Shown piece after piece: positions 48,381-61,532 of a stretch of DNA of 64,000 nt (its first letter is position 1; every line of letters begins with the position of its first letter). The stretch is from Penicillus capitatus (Eukaryota; Plantae; Chlorophyta): contig OZ287696.1 of NCBI GenBank assembly GCA_965649825.1, positions 725,101 through 789,100 on the forward strand, read 5' to 3'. Both the position numbers and the translations under genes were made by a program. The notes under the pieces were generated by a model. It was not told the origin of the DNA. It saw only the letters and a program-made list of their open reading frames with translations, and did not search any database.

Positions 48381-48854
48381 GGAGACGCAAAGAACGGTGT
48401 GCTGTGCGTTAGGGTCGACCTTGTACACATCCACAGTAACCGCGGCACTGTTATCGCATCTCCCTGCGTCTCTTCGGGAACATCCCGCTGCACACTGCTC
48501 CGATGCTCACGATGCGAAGAATGTCCTTCATAAGCAGAAGAGCATCACATGTGGACGCACTGTACGGTGTTCTGTCGTGTTCTTTGGGCCAAGAGACGTT
48601 GAAACGTGTGTGGCGTTTTGAGGAATCTTCTCGAGACCTCGGGTAACAGAACGCTAATGCAAACGGTTATTTGAATAGTTCGCACGTCGATGCGCATCTT
48701 TTACCTTCGCCGTGAGTGAATTGCGTTGACAAGGCACTAGGCGAAAGTGTGCGGTGCAATTCGCGTTCTCGTACTACATTGACAGGAAGCCACATGGGGA
48801 ACGGTTCGCTAGTCATCTCTTCGGCGCTTTTGCGACGCGGTTGCAGCTGCAAGT

Positions 48855-50277
48855 ATGTCTGAACGTCAATTAGGCGATCGAGTTGTTTTGGAGCTCGTGG
48901 AAAGCAATGGTCGCGTTCACAGTGCATTTGTCTCAGTTCCACTTCTTTCGCAGACTTCTGACTTTTTTCAAGCCTTCTTCAAACATGCACGGCCGACGAA
49001 CCCCGTTTTTCACGAAGGCATTATTTTGCAAAGTTACTCGTTGCATGTCATGGAGAGCGATGGTGCCTTCTTGACGCAGCTGCTTAAGTTTGCAGAAGGA
49101 GAGCCGTTGGAACTGACCGGGAAAAACGTCGCCATGGCACTTCTTGTGGGTGATATGTGGTGCATGGATGAAGTTCTAGCCGCCGTCGTCGCTTTTCTTT
49201 CTAATTACCTCTCACCTGTCATCTCCCCAAACCTCCCAAAAACAAGAATAAAAGACGATACAGCTGTTCTAAAAATAGTCCAAGTACAGAAACCACAGTG
49301 CTGACGAGGTCAAACCCCAATCCCCCTCTTTGCCTTGTAGGTTTTTCGCTTTCTTGCGAATGCGGCTGCGTATGGAGTGGAGGTCAAGCAGATTGCTGGC
49401 GTTGTGGAACTGCAGAGTCGTTGTTTGGATTGGATGACCAAACGGTTTCCGCAACTCCTGCGATGTCCCCACTTCACGAGTCTCGCCAAAGAAACGCAGC
49501 AAGAGCTCGTCGCTGCATGCAAGCAGAGCATGAATCCGAAAAACTGTATTCAACTGTGGAATGATTATCGCGTGGCCACGGTAACAAGACACCCCGTGCT
49601 GGTCCGCACTCAGCTGTGATTTCTCTCAGGGCAAACTCAGTTTCTCTGCAAAGCAACAGGCCCAAAAGCGAATCGCACAGGAACTGAAGAACCACGCCGT
49701 GGAGTGTGTCTTAGTTATGTTAGACGATGTACTGAAGGCTGAGGAATTTGATATTTTTCTCCGGGATGGATGGAATGCAGACGTACTCAGTGAACTCATG
49801 GACGATGTGCGCCGTTACCTCACACCCGAAACGAGCATCAACGTTTTCAAAGCATTGGACACGAAAGTGCGTGACGATGATACGCCGTTACCTGACACTG
49901 TCGGCTCAATGGTGGTGGTGTTGTTGGCATAGGTCAATGTACTGACGCGACAATTGTTGGAGGGTAGGCTTCGTGCTGCAGATCGTCAGCATGCCTCTGG
50001 CCTGGCCAAAGCTCAGGCGCTAGGGATTCTTGAACGTATGAGTTCCTATGTTTTGGAGTACTGTCAGAGACACGTGCTGGCCGTGCTGCGGAGCGATGGT
50101 TATAAGAGCCTGTCTATAGAAGAGCAGGAATGTATTGCTGAGCGCTTTGATATTGGAGGGACGTGCCGAATAGATGCCAACACGATTAGAGAGATGAATC
50201 GCAGCTGGGACTTTATTGTGATGAATAATGGAACGCCTAAGGGAAGTGCTCAGCATAGTAGAAAGAGCATTGCGTGA
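48855..50277 (+). CDS. BTB/POZ-domain protein with BACK-like helical region
   Basis: VSVPLLSQTSDFFQAFF, LLKFAEGEPLELTGKNVAMALLVGDMW and CPHFTSLAKE; several short introns. Confidence 0.7.
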
Positions 50278-51545
50278 AGAAGACCGTTTAATCATTGGTG
50301 GATTCATAGTTTGTAAAATTATCGACCATCAATCCATATCTTTACGATCAAGACAGCTTGTTTCTTAAGAATTCTTGAGGTCGCTCACATGCGTCATCCG
50401 CCTCTACGCATCGTGAGGAACACAAAACAGAGCGCACGAGAGAACGTTGACTGGACAGGCAGGAATGATCATTCTATACTTAAGGCTCTTAGGGCGAACG
50501 TTCGAAACCGCTGCGCATCGTGAAGCGACAGTCCGTTGCTGACGACATCGAAGAGAGCTGGCATGATTCTGCGACACTGAAGAGGACGTGTCGATTCGAT
50601 CGTCGTCGTCTCTGTCCTGAGTTCGTCAACAGAAGGTCATCGAAGATGGTCATACTCCTGCCGTTTCCTTCTCGGATACTCTTTGCGATCACGCGCGGAC
50701 GACGTCGATAACGCGGATGTCACAGAAATGTCGACCCTCTTGCAGGATCTGCCGTCGTTTTGCCTCAGGTCTGTGTTGTTGTAGTACAGATCAGCCACGT
50801 CTTACGAGTCCGTCAATGTTATACTGAATCTATTATGTCTAGATTTCAATTCGGCTGGCATTCAGATTGAATGGATGGATGTTTGAGATGAAATCGTCTC
50901 GGCGAAAGACACTAGAACGACATGTTATCTCTCTCACACGACTCTCGCCCGTACCGTACCCAAAACGTCAACTTGTCTGTCCGATCTGCTTTCCCGAAAC
51001 ATCAGTACAAATAAAACAGGGAGTACAAACAACTAGAGCGCGTTTTATTAGAAGATCTGCGCACATGTGCCAAAATCATTCGTGAGAAAACCACATGGAA
51101 ACGATGACATAGCCGGCCGTACTGTATAAACAAGTGTATTGGACATTTCTACGGTTGTTATCTCAGAATGCGTAACATGAACTCTCGACAAAATAGGTTG
51201 CCTTATCATCAAACACAACGATTTGTTGCATTGTTATTCAGGCAAAGGGGCGGTGACCAAGTGAATGTGATGTAATGGAAAGGAATAGGAATGAAAAACC
51301 AAAAACGTATGGAAAAACAGGGATATGACTAGAACGGACTTTGCCAGGGCCTAGTTTTAATGAAATAAGGAACCTAAATGTCAATGAATGCTTGAATGTC
51401 CCATTCAGACCTTTATGTAGGAACTGGATGATTACGAGGGTGTGTGTGATGCATTGGCGTTCGACCTCCTAAAGAGACTCAGAATCCTTTTGGTCTTCTT
51501 GCCTGCCCATTTTCTGCATCCCAGTGATATCCTCCTCGCTCCTGT

Positions 51546-53624
51546 CTAGAGAACACAACTGTGGAACTGGATGACGTCACTGTCACGTACTCTTGACTGG
51601 TCTTCTGATTGGGACCTCCTCAGAGAGAAAACTCTTTTGGCTCTCCTTAAGGACCAGAATCTTCCAAGACGAAGCCACCTTCTTTTGTTAGATCTTCCCT
51701 GATCAGCCTGTTCGGCTGTATCTACTGGACTCTCGTCCATTTCACCGTACACTTCATTTAGGAGTTGAATGGCTCTCTCTGGGTCCTCTCTGTTGCCGAG
51801 GCCAATCGAGAGAGCGCGCCTATCAATTTCAGTGTCGCTACCCCCTGCGTCTCCAGAAAGTGTTTTATCCAACTCTTCCCGATCCAAGGCATCGTACGGC
51901 ACCGTGTCTAGTGAAAGCGCCCTGAGACCACGAAACTGAGATTCTGTTGGACAGATTTCCTGTGCAACTATTTCTGACGCAATTTCTTCGGTTGTCGCGG
52001 CAACTGATTTATAATGACAGTGATGATCTTCCTCGAACAGAAAAGATGCCGCCTTAATGCCTCCTATACTAATGGACCTGAGCTCTGTTGCTTGACCATC
52101 ACTTTCAGAGTCCGATTCCGCCTCATCGGATGACGACATGTCCGCCCGACACACAGTGACTGGCCCAAAGATATCATTGAGATGGTTTCCCTCATCTCTG
52201 TACATTGGATGCGTTGAAGCAGAGGAATCCCCATCGACCGACATAACCGTATCCAATCTGTCGTCCACGGCAACAACGCGCTCTGAGGCCTCTCTGTCAT
52301 CATCTGATTCTCTTTCAGCTGAACCATGCTCCCGATCCGTTGTCTTTGACGCGATGGATGGTATGACACCATTCTCGTCTTTGTCTTGCCCTCTCATCTC
52401 GGCCGTCATTTCATCGCTTTCTCCCTTTCTTTTCGTTTCTGTTTCATCGCCATCGGTATCGGAGTCCTCCATCGCTATATACTCCTCTTTCCGTGTTTCC
52501 AATCTTTCTACATCATCTTTGACACTTGCCATGTCAGCGTCAAAGACTCCCTCCGATTCCGAATCCCCCCAGACTTCACATACAACAACAGACTTTACGC
52601 TTTCCGAAATCGGACAAACATCCTTCTCCATCGCCTGCACTTCTCCGCTGATACAGGAGTTGACTTCAGATATTATGGACAGCAAATCTTCCTCAAACAC
52701 AAACCCATCTTTCTCCTCTTTCTCACACAAGATATGTGCATCTTCCGATGTATCTCTTTTTTGAATCTCGCTCATAGTTGATACAGCAGGACTGCATTGA
52801 TCCTTGTCTTCCTCCTCATCACCGACTCGTGTGACGCAGATGTCATGAGTCGACTGCGTAGCCGTCGAAGTTGGATCCCGCCAAACATCCGAAATCTCCG
52901 CAGTCATTTCCAGACTGGAAACACTCTTATCATCATCACCATCAGCGTCTACACAACTGAGATCATCAGAACTCGATGCATCTTCCATTTCTTCATCGAA
53001 ACTCTGCGCTTCCTCACGATCAGAGCACGTCAGCAAACTGTCCAGAATCAGATTGATGTCTGCCTCAAAAAGATCACTCGATCTTGAACACGTCTTATCG
53101 ACAGGATGTCCTGCCGGAGGTACATTGTCTACAGACGAACAAAAAGCCATCTCCAGGAGACATTCCTCTTCAATTCTGCAACACGCTTCCGCTGTGTCTT
53201 CGTCGGCTTCACAAGTCAAAGATCCCCGGCTTTCACAGCGAAGGGGAGATGATCCCATTGCTGTGACATACTCTGAAAGCTGATCCTTTCCATTCGAAGA
53301 ACAACAACCCATTAGGTCAGGAAAGGGTTTTGTCGCAAGGGTCGAATCTGTGCCCTTGCATTGGTGTGGTCGAATATTGGAATCGAGCTCAACACGCGTT
53401 GTCGCTATTTGGGTAAGCAAGGATTCAAGTCGCGTTCTGAGCTGTGCCATTTCGTTTCCAATGGTATTGGTTTCCTGCTCGCATTTGTGCAACCGAGTTT
53501 GCCAATTGTCGACTTTTTCGAACAGAGCGCCTCTTTTGGCGATATTGCGCTCTTCGAAAACCTCGGGTGCCATATCGCAATGATCGATTTCAGGTGGCCC
53601 GCACAAAACGGAGACTTGCAGCAA
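51546..53624 (-). CDS. Orphan acidic low-complexity protein with N-terminal coiled coil, up to 692 aa, intronless
   Basis: Uninterrupted 2-kb ORF; D/E/S-rich; basic/aromatic C-terminal tip. Real start may be the ATG of MAPEVF. Confidence 0.7.
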   Translation of the reverse strand: MLQVSVLCGPPEIDHCDMAPEVFEERNIAKRGALFEKVDNWQTRLHKCEQETNTIGNEMAQLRTRLESLLTQIATTRVELDSNIRPHQCKGTDSTLATKPFPDLMGCCSSNGKDQLSEYVTAMGSSPLRCESRGSLTCEADEDTAEACCRIEEECLLEMAFCSSVDNVPPAGHPVDKTCSRSSDLFEADINLILDSLLTCSDREEAQSFDEEMEDASSSDDLSCVDADGDDDKSVSSLEMTAEISDVWRDPTSTATQSTHDICVTRVGDEEEDKDQCSPAVSTMSEIQKRDTSEDAHILCEKEEKDGFVFEEDLLSIISEVNSCISGEVQAMEKDVCPISESVKSVVVCEVWGDSESEGVFDADMASVKDDVERLETRKEEYIAMEDSDTDGDETETKRKGESDEMTAEMRGQDKDENGVIPSIASKTTDREHGSAERESDDDREASERVVAVDDRLDTVMSVDGDSSASTHPMYRDEGNHLNDIFGPVTVCRADMSSSDEAESDSESDGQATELRSISIGGIKAASFLFEEDHHCHYKSVAATTEEIASEIVAQEICPTESQFRGLRALSLDTVPYDALDREELDKTLSGDAGGSDTEIDRRALSIGLGNREDPERAIQLLNEVYGEMDESPVDTAEQADQGRSNKRRWLRLGRFWSLRRAKRVFSLRRSQSEDQSRVRDSDVIQFHSCVL

Positions 53625-54256
53625 GAAGTCGCTTGGTACACTATAGCAAACAATGATGTCGTTAGACTATGAGGAACAAGGCACAAGGCAGTCCATACTT
53701 GGAAGATTTTGTAAAGATAAGACTCCTCTCTTCGAGGTTTGCGTTGAATTTATTGGAGAACACGTGAAATCCAAGTGTCCTATGATATAGACAGGTACTG
53801 TAAATATCTTTTGCCGCCCCATCGTCCACAGCACCACATCCCCAAAAACACTCTTGCCTCCAGGACGCTGTCCCCAAAGATCGCATTAATCCAGACAGAA
53901 AGACTGCGTAGAAATCACGACGGACATCTTGAATTTCCAGTTGGCGATCGCAAACCAGAATACAGAAGGCGTAAAACTGGGCTCCTCGACACGACTGTTG
54001 GCGAACAAGAGGAAGACGCGTCTGTCGAGAGATGACGGTCTGCATTCCGTGACGCTCTATGTTGAAACGGGTCGCGACGCGTCTGAGGTTTTTCTTCTTG
54101 CCGGGTGTTATGCGGATGTGGGTTACCAGGTAGTGTGTCAGCGGTAGCGGTATCTTTATTGGCGCTCAATGTAGCTGTCGCTGTGCATTCAAGGACACCG
54201 ATGAATTGTTCTAACCGTCGTCGTCACAGATTCACAAATGTCCTACCCGTTGAGCA

Positions 54257-56146
54257 TTATGATTTCTTGCCGGGGGCCACAATTTTCTGCACAAAACCCT
54301 TTCCTCCACTGCTCGGTTTTTTCCCTCTCTGTTGTGGAGATTTCAACAAAGCAAACAGTGCGTTCCATCCTTGTGTAGCAACCTTCAGTCCAGTGAATAG
54401 CAACGTCAAGTAAACCATCACACCCACGAGCAGCATTAAGTCAACCAAGACACCAGCAGCCTTGAAGACGCCCATTTGAAAGACGATTCCATCATAGAGT
54501 GTGAACTCTGGATGCATTTTGAAGGACGTTGTCATCTCCCTATCCGTGTGCAGTTTCAAGAATCGGAACAGCGCTGCACCGAACGGATCTTCAGCAGTGG
54601 CAAAGGGAGCCATTTTGGGAACACTGCCCATGGAGGCAATCCATTTCTCAAGAAAGCGTGGCTCCAAGCCGGGCAAGGCATCCGATAAGTTCGCGAACGC
54701 AGGAAAGGTACGGCCCTCTTCTTCGTAGAGTCTCGTCGAAATGGCATGTCCGACGATCCTGATGGCACTGGCCAGTACTTTACGATCAACGACACTTGGT
54801 CGATCCAGCAGAGAGGCACGGAACATTGGGTTGTCTGCTTCGCCCAAACCGGACAGCGTCGCGCCCAGGAGTTTCTGGTGTGCCCAGTGCTCGTGTTCCC
54901 ACGTCATGTGTGGCAGTGCCAAGTTGATTTTCTTGTGGACCATGTGCATTGTTTTGCCTTCGTGTTGTGCCGCCTCCGAAAATCGACGATACCAATCGGC
55001 AACGATGGGATCTTTGGGCGGTTTTGAATAATGGAAGTAGAGCTCGTGATCCGTGATCACACTCGATATCGTATCCAGGGAAATGACGAATTCGATCGAA
55101 TCCAAGACTCGCGTTTCGGCGGACTTGATCCAGTACTTCAGTCCCATCATGTCCATTCCTCCTCCTCCGGTCAACAGAAAAAGGATATTGACAGGAGGAC
55201 GCGATGCGGCGTTTCTGTACAGAGATCCAAAGAGACGCATCAAAGAGAGGACGGCGACAACGCCAGAACCATTTCCGCCTCCCGGCTTTCCAGGAGCAGC
55301 ACTGAAATCATCGTAATGTGCAGAAATCACGATGGTCGGAGCAGATGGTTTTCCTGGCTTGCCTCCCTATACGTCATCCATTGAGTGATTTCTACGGCAG
55401 GGTCTACCATCACCTCTGACCCCAGCAGCCATCCTTCATAGTTTGTCATCGTTGCCTGCTTTAGCGGCGCTGCATTTGGACTGCGAAAACATTACCCCTT
55501 CTCAGTTATGCACACAGCAGTTGTCGGCGCCTACTTCTTAACTTGCAGCAGATATCCTCCGTTTGCACTCGTAGGAGGTCTCCCTGCCGCAATATCTTTG
55601 TCGATCATCGTCATCTAGATGTACACACATTTCGAAACAGGCTTCTACGGAGTGACCCACAATGCTCTGAAGTTCTTCTGTCTCTTCAATGAAGTATATG
55701 GGTATGGCGATGGACTTGAGAATAAGAAATTTCTCCAGTTTGGAAAAGAGATCGATATCGATCTCTTCGATGGACTCTGCCGATGCATTTATTGGAGGCA
55801 GCAAGAACACCAATCCAGCCACCCCTACCGACGGGTCCAATATCTCTTTGACAAGTTGAAGAGTAGCTTCTCTGACTGGCAGTAGCACAACACTGCGAAA
55901 TAGTTTTGCCCCTTCTCTTTTCAGTGTAGCGTACTGGCCACGATAACGGTCGTGGAAGGAGACAGAGAACAATGTCCTTACCTGTGCGAGACGGACAGTG
56001 CGGGAGCCTGCAGGGATACCGTCTTGATCGTACTGAACGAGGCGATAGGCTTGGAAGACAGAGGCGGCATGCGTTCCGAAGAGGAGGCAAAGAAAGTGGG
56101 TGGCAAACAGAAAGGGCAGCGACCCAGTTAACCTTCGCGCCGTCAT
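54257..56146 (-). CDS. NCLN: Nicalin (M28-like inactive peptidase fold, C-terminal transmembrane helix)
   Basis: Signal peptide, FQAYRLVQYD, AGLVFLLP, PIYF, ISAHYDDF, NGSGVVAVL, ILFLLTGGG, HKKINL and WEHE. Confidence 0.9.
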
Positions 56147-56853
56147 CTTTGAAATCAAGACCTGCATAAATGAAACAAGTTCCGCACAATAGTCTAACGA
56201 AGCAGTTGGGTGACTTTCACGGTTGGTGATTAAGTATCCCGAAGGCACTTGTCTGTTGCATGAAGAGGAAAGGAAAAGCAGCCGGAGCAAAGAAGAATGC
56301 ACTGTTCCATATAGGATGTCCAAGAGCAGATATCTGATACTTTGATGCCTTCAGATCGACGACCTTTAGGACGAACACCCATGTGCCATCTAACAGTGGG
56401 ATAGGCTTCTTACTTACTGCCAAGTGACCCGTGCCAGTTATCACAACTCATCGATCATCTGTTCAAGATGACTTTCTGAATGGTAGCTGGTATGAACGTG
56501 TCGATGCGGCAGGGCCAAGAGGATGGACGAGAACAGTGACGGTAGACAGTTATTTAGACGCATATGGAGTGGGTTGGCCGATGATTTGATCCGTGCTTGA
56601 TCTATCTTGGCTGTCTTGCAGCAGGTCGATGCGATCTGTCAGGTGACGTTTTCTTTGGCAAGAGAAGACGCGTTCTGTTCTCTCCAAAAAATCGATCTTA
56701 TCTTAAAACGACAACAGTTTGGATGTGTCAGACTGATGCAAGTCGCATAACGAGTGATGCGAGTCACGCATTTCTAGTACATGGAATAAACGTCAGTGAC
56801 GTACTGCACTTCTTCCTCACGAAAGCTGAATGTCCAGTCAGCAGTACGGTCAG

Positions 56854-57959
56854 CTATCCAAATTTTCTGCCGAGCTCCTTGTTGATGCCTGCTCTCATGG
56901 CATCGTATGATTCGTATCCTGTATCCTCGAACATGACGCTCTTCCATCTCTTATCAATCTTTTGCAAAACGCGTTCGGCCATAAGGGTAGTTGCTTCACC
57001 CAAGACACCCTTTCTAACTTTGCCACTGTTTTCTGTCAATCCAGCATTCTTGGGAAGGCCACCGATTTCATTTGTCGCCAGTTTAAGTGGATGCTCATCG
57101 AACTTGTTTCGATGTTGCTTCATGAAATCGAAACTTGCCTAAGAACAGAATGCGATACGCTAGACGACCAGGAATCGGGTACCTGATGCACGACTAGCTC
57201 TTGGAGCTCCTTGTCTCCACTTCCGATATCCAGAAAGTCTGCGATCAGGCGAACGCACTCTCTCAGATCTTGATGCAGGTCTTCATAGTGCAGCCACAAG
57301 ACGTTCTCATCATGGCGATGAGGATACCAACTCCCTGAATGGAAGCTGATCAAATCAATGGAGCAAGAAGCTTTGAAGAACTATACAGATGTGGTGGATT
57401 TGTGAGGAGCTTTCCGTGTTCGATACAGGAACTCCACGTCTCAGGTAAAAATGATCGACGAATTCCTCGACGCTGATCGTCCCAGCCTCAAAATACCAGT
57501 TCTCGAAGAAATAGTAAAATGATAGAGCCGCATCACAAGGTCGACTGTTTTGAACAAGGGACTAAACATCTTGTCCGTGTTTCTGTCGATATCTCACCGT
57601 ACGACGACGATATATTTTCCTGCCCCTTTGGGACACTGCGGGTACCAGAAGTGCGTCTTGTACATTCGCGGTAAGAATGGCTGCGGCGCTTGCAGGTCGT
57701 CATATCCATAGGCACTCGCCATTTCCAAACAGGGAATCACTAACGAGATTTCTTCGAAATCCATGTTGCCTTTGGAGCGCAGTCCGTGACAGATCTGCTG
57801 AACCCACGTGGTTCCCGATTTTGATGCTGTGGAAACGATCACGTCAGTGTCCGTGGGCTTGAAGTCCAGTCCTATTTGAAAATGACTCTTCGGATAGCAC
57901 AGACGGAGCTTTTCCAGCATCTGACGCACGCTCGCCGACGGTCCCTCCGTTTGCGCCAT
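56854..57959 (-). CDS. PAPS-dependent sulfotransferase, copy A
   Basis: DVIVSTASKSGTTWVQQICHGLR (5'-PSB loop), PRMYKTH, SWYPHRHDENVLWLHYEDL and GKVRKG; three introns. Confidence 0.88.
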
Positions 57960-59163
57960 CCTTCCACTGAAAGTCAAAGACTGTTAATATGATTGAATGA
58001 TTAGTTACGCAGAGACGATTACGATGATGTTTTCTGTCTCCGATCGTCCCACTAAAAGCACATCTGTTAGAGGGAACATACTTGCCGTCGCTTCGAATCT
58101 AAATATGTGAAGAAAATGAGCGCGCGCATGGTTCATGCTTCACACAGATCATCAGTGATAGGACTTGGCACATACACATTCAAAACGACCTCTCTGTCGA
58201 ATCTTTTTCGTTTCGCAGCAGTTTCTAAACACGGAAGAGCAATCTCCCGGCGTCACTTTTTTCCTCGACAAAAAACTAGATGGTCGTTTGCTCAGGAACA
58301 AGGCCAACCACTTCGATCTTTCTTTTCAATCTCGGTCAATTCACTCATCGCACCTTTAAGCTTCTATAGCAGCACGTCGATCATGTCGTCTTGTTCTCGA
58401 TAATGCTGGACCCTTCGCTATTTCGTAATAAAACTAATATTACCACGTCTGGTTCGTTTGTGTTCATCGTCGATATCGCAGAGCTCCAAATCGACGAAAA
58501 AACCGTTTTCGAGTTCCCCCTTCTATCATCCATTCTTAGTTTTACGTTCTTTAGTGTCATTACTACGAGAGGGCGCTTACATTCTATTTACAGCAAGATT
58601 TCAGTCCAAATGCCAGGAAGTGCAGGAAAACAAAGGTGTGTTTTGAAAAGTGTCGGAACTAAAACCAGTCAGGAACATGTGAAAACCGAATTGTTCTAGC
58701 TCCGTCTTATTACACTATCCAGAACAAACGCGTCGCGAACGGAATGCAGTGAGTTGTGAGAAATGCAATCGCCAGTGTTGCATTGATACCTGCACGCGTT
58801 GCAAAGAGGTGTCGGGCGGCGTCATTCCGATGCGGACGATCACATCGTCGACGGTAAGTTGCTAATAGCTCAGAGTGAATGCGAACAAGGCGTCGTCAGT
58901 GCTCAAGTCAACGAATTCATTCATCAGAGGAATTGTTTCCAGGAAAACTTCCACTGTATAGAACGATGCGTCATCTTCGGATATTTGGTAGCTCTTCTGT
59001 TGTCTTTGCAATGAGAACACAGTCTGACATTGCCCCTCGACGACAATATCGACTTCCGACACTATATCACCAACGCATTCGGGACATTCGTAACCGGCTC
59101 AGAACGTAAAGAACGACGCTTTTGCACATGAAAGCTGAATGTCCAGTCAGCAAGAACAGTAAG

Positions 59164-60270
59164 TTATCCGAATTTTCTGCCGAGCTCCTTGTTGATGCCT
59201 GCTCTCATGGCATCGTATGATTCGTATCCTGTATCCTCGAACATGACGCTCTTCCATTTTTCGTCAATCTTCTGCAGAATGCTTTCTGGAATGTGCGTTT
59301 TCCCTTCCCCTGTGGCGCCTTTTCGGACCTTCCCGCCGTGTCCTGTCAACCCGTGATTCTCGGGTAGGCCAGCATTCCTGTTTTTCATCAATTTAAGTGG
59401 ATGATCATCGAACTTGGTTCGATGTTGCTTCATGAAATCGAAACTTGCCTAAGAACAGAATGCGATACGCTGGACGACCAGGAATCGGATACCTGATGCA
59501 CGACTAGGTCTTGGAGCTCCTCGTCTCCACTTCCGATATCCAGAAAGTCTGCGATCAGGCGAACGCACTCTCTCAGATCTTGATGCAGGTCTTCATAGTG
59601 CAGCCACAAGACGTTCTCATCATGGCGATGAGGATACCAACTCCCTGAATGGCAACTGATCAAATCAATGGAGCAAGAAGCATTGAACGGCTGTACAGAT
59701 GTGGTGGATTTGTGATGACTCTTCCATATCTGATGCTGGAACCCCACGTTTCAAATATATGTGTTCAAGGAATTCCTCAATGCTAATGGTCCCAGCCTCA
59801 AACGTCCAGTTTTCCATGAAATGGAAATATGATAGAGCCGCATCACAAGGTCGACTGTTTCGAAACAAGGAACTAAACATCTTGTGTTTGTTTCTGTCGA
59901 TGCCTCACCGTACGACGATGATATATTTTCCAGCTCGCTTGGGACAGTGAGGGTACCAGAAATGCGTCTTGTACATTCGTGGTAAGAATGGCTGCGGCGC
60001 TTGCAGGTCGTCATATCCATAGGCACTCGCCATTTCCAGGAATGGAATCACCAATGAGATTTCTTCGAAATCCATATTGCCTTTAGAGCGCAGTCCGTGA
60101 CAGATTTGTTGAACCCACGTCGTTCCAGACTTTGTGGCTGTGGAAAGAATGACGTCCGTGGCCGTAGGCTTAAAGTCTAATCCTTTTCTCCAGCTTTCGC
60201 TGGGGAAAAACATGCGCCGTTTTTCCCGAAGGCGACGAATGCCGGCAGGAACGTCGTTCGATTGCTCCAT
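59164..60270 (-). CDS. PAPS-dependent sulfotransferase, copy B (tandem paralogue, offset about 2,310 bp)
   Basis: Same motifs (TATKSGTTWVQQ, LWLHYEDL, GKVRKG) and same intron positions as copy A. Confidence 0.88.
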
Positions 60271-60406
60271 CCTTTTCACTGACGTCCAGGAAGATTGTTC
60301 ATCAAACGGTAAAGGAAAAATTGACGCGTGTACGGCGTGGTTCACGATCTTCATATATCATCAGCTACAGATTTTTTCAGATACTTGCGCGTCACAATGA
60401 CAACAG

Positions 60407-61450
60407 TCACTTGCGAATCCTCTTCCATTTCACAGAAACCGTTCCATCTGGTAGAGTGACCTTCTTGTATTCCTCTCCTTTCTGCAAAAGACTCCACAAC
60501 ATCATCTTTTGTTTCGATTCAAGGCAATTTACCGCCATTTCTTTCTTTAGCCTCAGTTCACTCTCCACAGCTTTGAGTTGCTGCAGCAGCTCGATCTTAC
60601 TACGCAGCTCTTGATATTGCCGTGCGCGTTCCCTAAATCAACTCCTTTATGCCGATCGTCGAAACGGTCCTACATCCTATTCTCTTTTAACTTCCCTTGA
60701 TCTCCTACAGGGAATTGCGTCGTTGCCATTGAGTTCTTCATCTCTTTTCGCCTGGGTCGATTATATCGCCGTTGTAGACATTCCTTTGGCGTGCTAAAAA
60801 ACTCTGTCTCTGTCCACTTCTCTATCTCCGATACATCATCCAAGAATACGAGATGTCGATTTGCTGAAACGCATCCCAAAAGATGTAACCTCCCACGAAG
60901 TCTGTCGACATTCTACACCAAGAACACAATCGATTGGCGCATTCTGTTTACAAGTCTTCGTCCCGCCTTCGTCTCTTGCTGAATGCGTAACTGGATGAAT
61001 GCGAGGTCTTTGCTCTTGAGGGCTAACTCCTCTTCTGGAGTGCACTTCTGATCAAAGCTACGCAACAACGAGGCAATGTTTGCTCACTGACACATTATCC
61101 CTGTCGAAGGGAATCGTAACCTGATCGGGATGCCACTCTTGGTTCGTTCGTGCTCCATGGAAAAATGAAATTCATTTGGATTCCGCTCCTCTGCCTCTCT
61201 TTGAAGCCTCTGTCACGCAATGTCAGACAATCTCCCCCTCGTATGCGAATCGAATTTATACCTCGAGCTCTGCCCTGTGCTCATGGTGTTTCTGAGCTCG
61301 TTCAACATAGTCCTTGTGTTTTTCGAGCAAACCTAGTCGCTTGCGCGACGATCTGTGCTATGCACTTAGAGAGGAGAGATCGCGTCGTGCTTACGGCTGC
61401 GTTCTTTCTCGATAGCTTTTGCGTTTAAGATATTTTCGTAACGACGACAT
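60407..61450 (-). CDS. UTP11: U3 snoRNA-associated protein 11
   Basis: MSSLRKYLKRKSYRERTQP|...LGLLEKHKDYVERA, RNPNEFHFSM, RHLVFLDD, RRYNRPR and C-terminal KWKRIRK*. Confidence 0.88.
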
Positions 61451-61532
61451 CCAGCGTGGTCAGAATGACGGGACAGGTGAAAGGTGTCGCGTGCTCAGCT
61501 CGTTGTCTTTTCCGCTTTTGGCACTTGTCTTT

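Noticed and set aside
54230-54260. TAATG stop/start overlap at the nicalin stop as a second coupled junction
   Set aside because: The downstream ATG gives only MLNG*, and no splice I could find joins it to a credible ORF.
60270-60409. UTP11 to sulfotransferase B as a bicistron
   Set aside because: The gap to the homologous start is about 136 bp, enough for normal UTRs in this compact genome; no positive evidence.
1173-61450. RRP4, MTR4 and UTP11 as an RNA-processing gene cluster
   Set aside because: They are 16-39 kb apart among unrelated genes, consistent with chance in a gene-dense genome.
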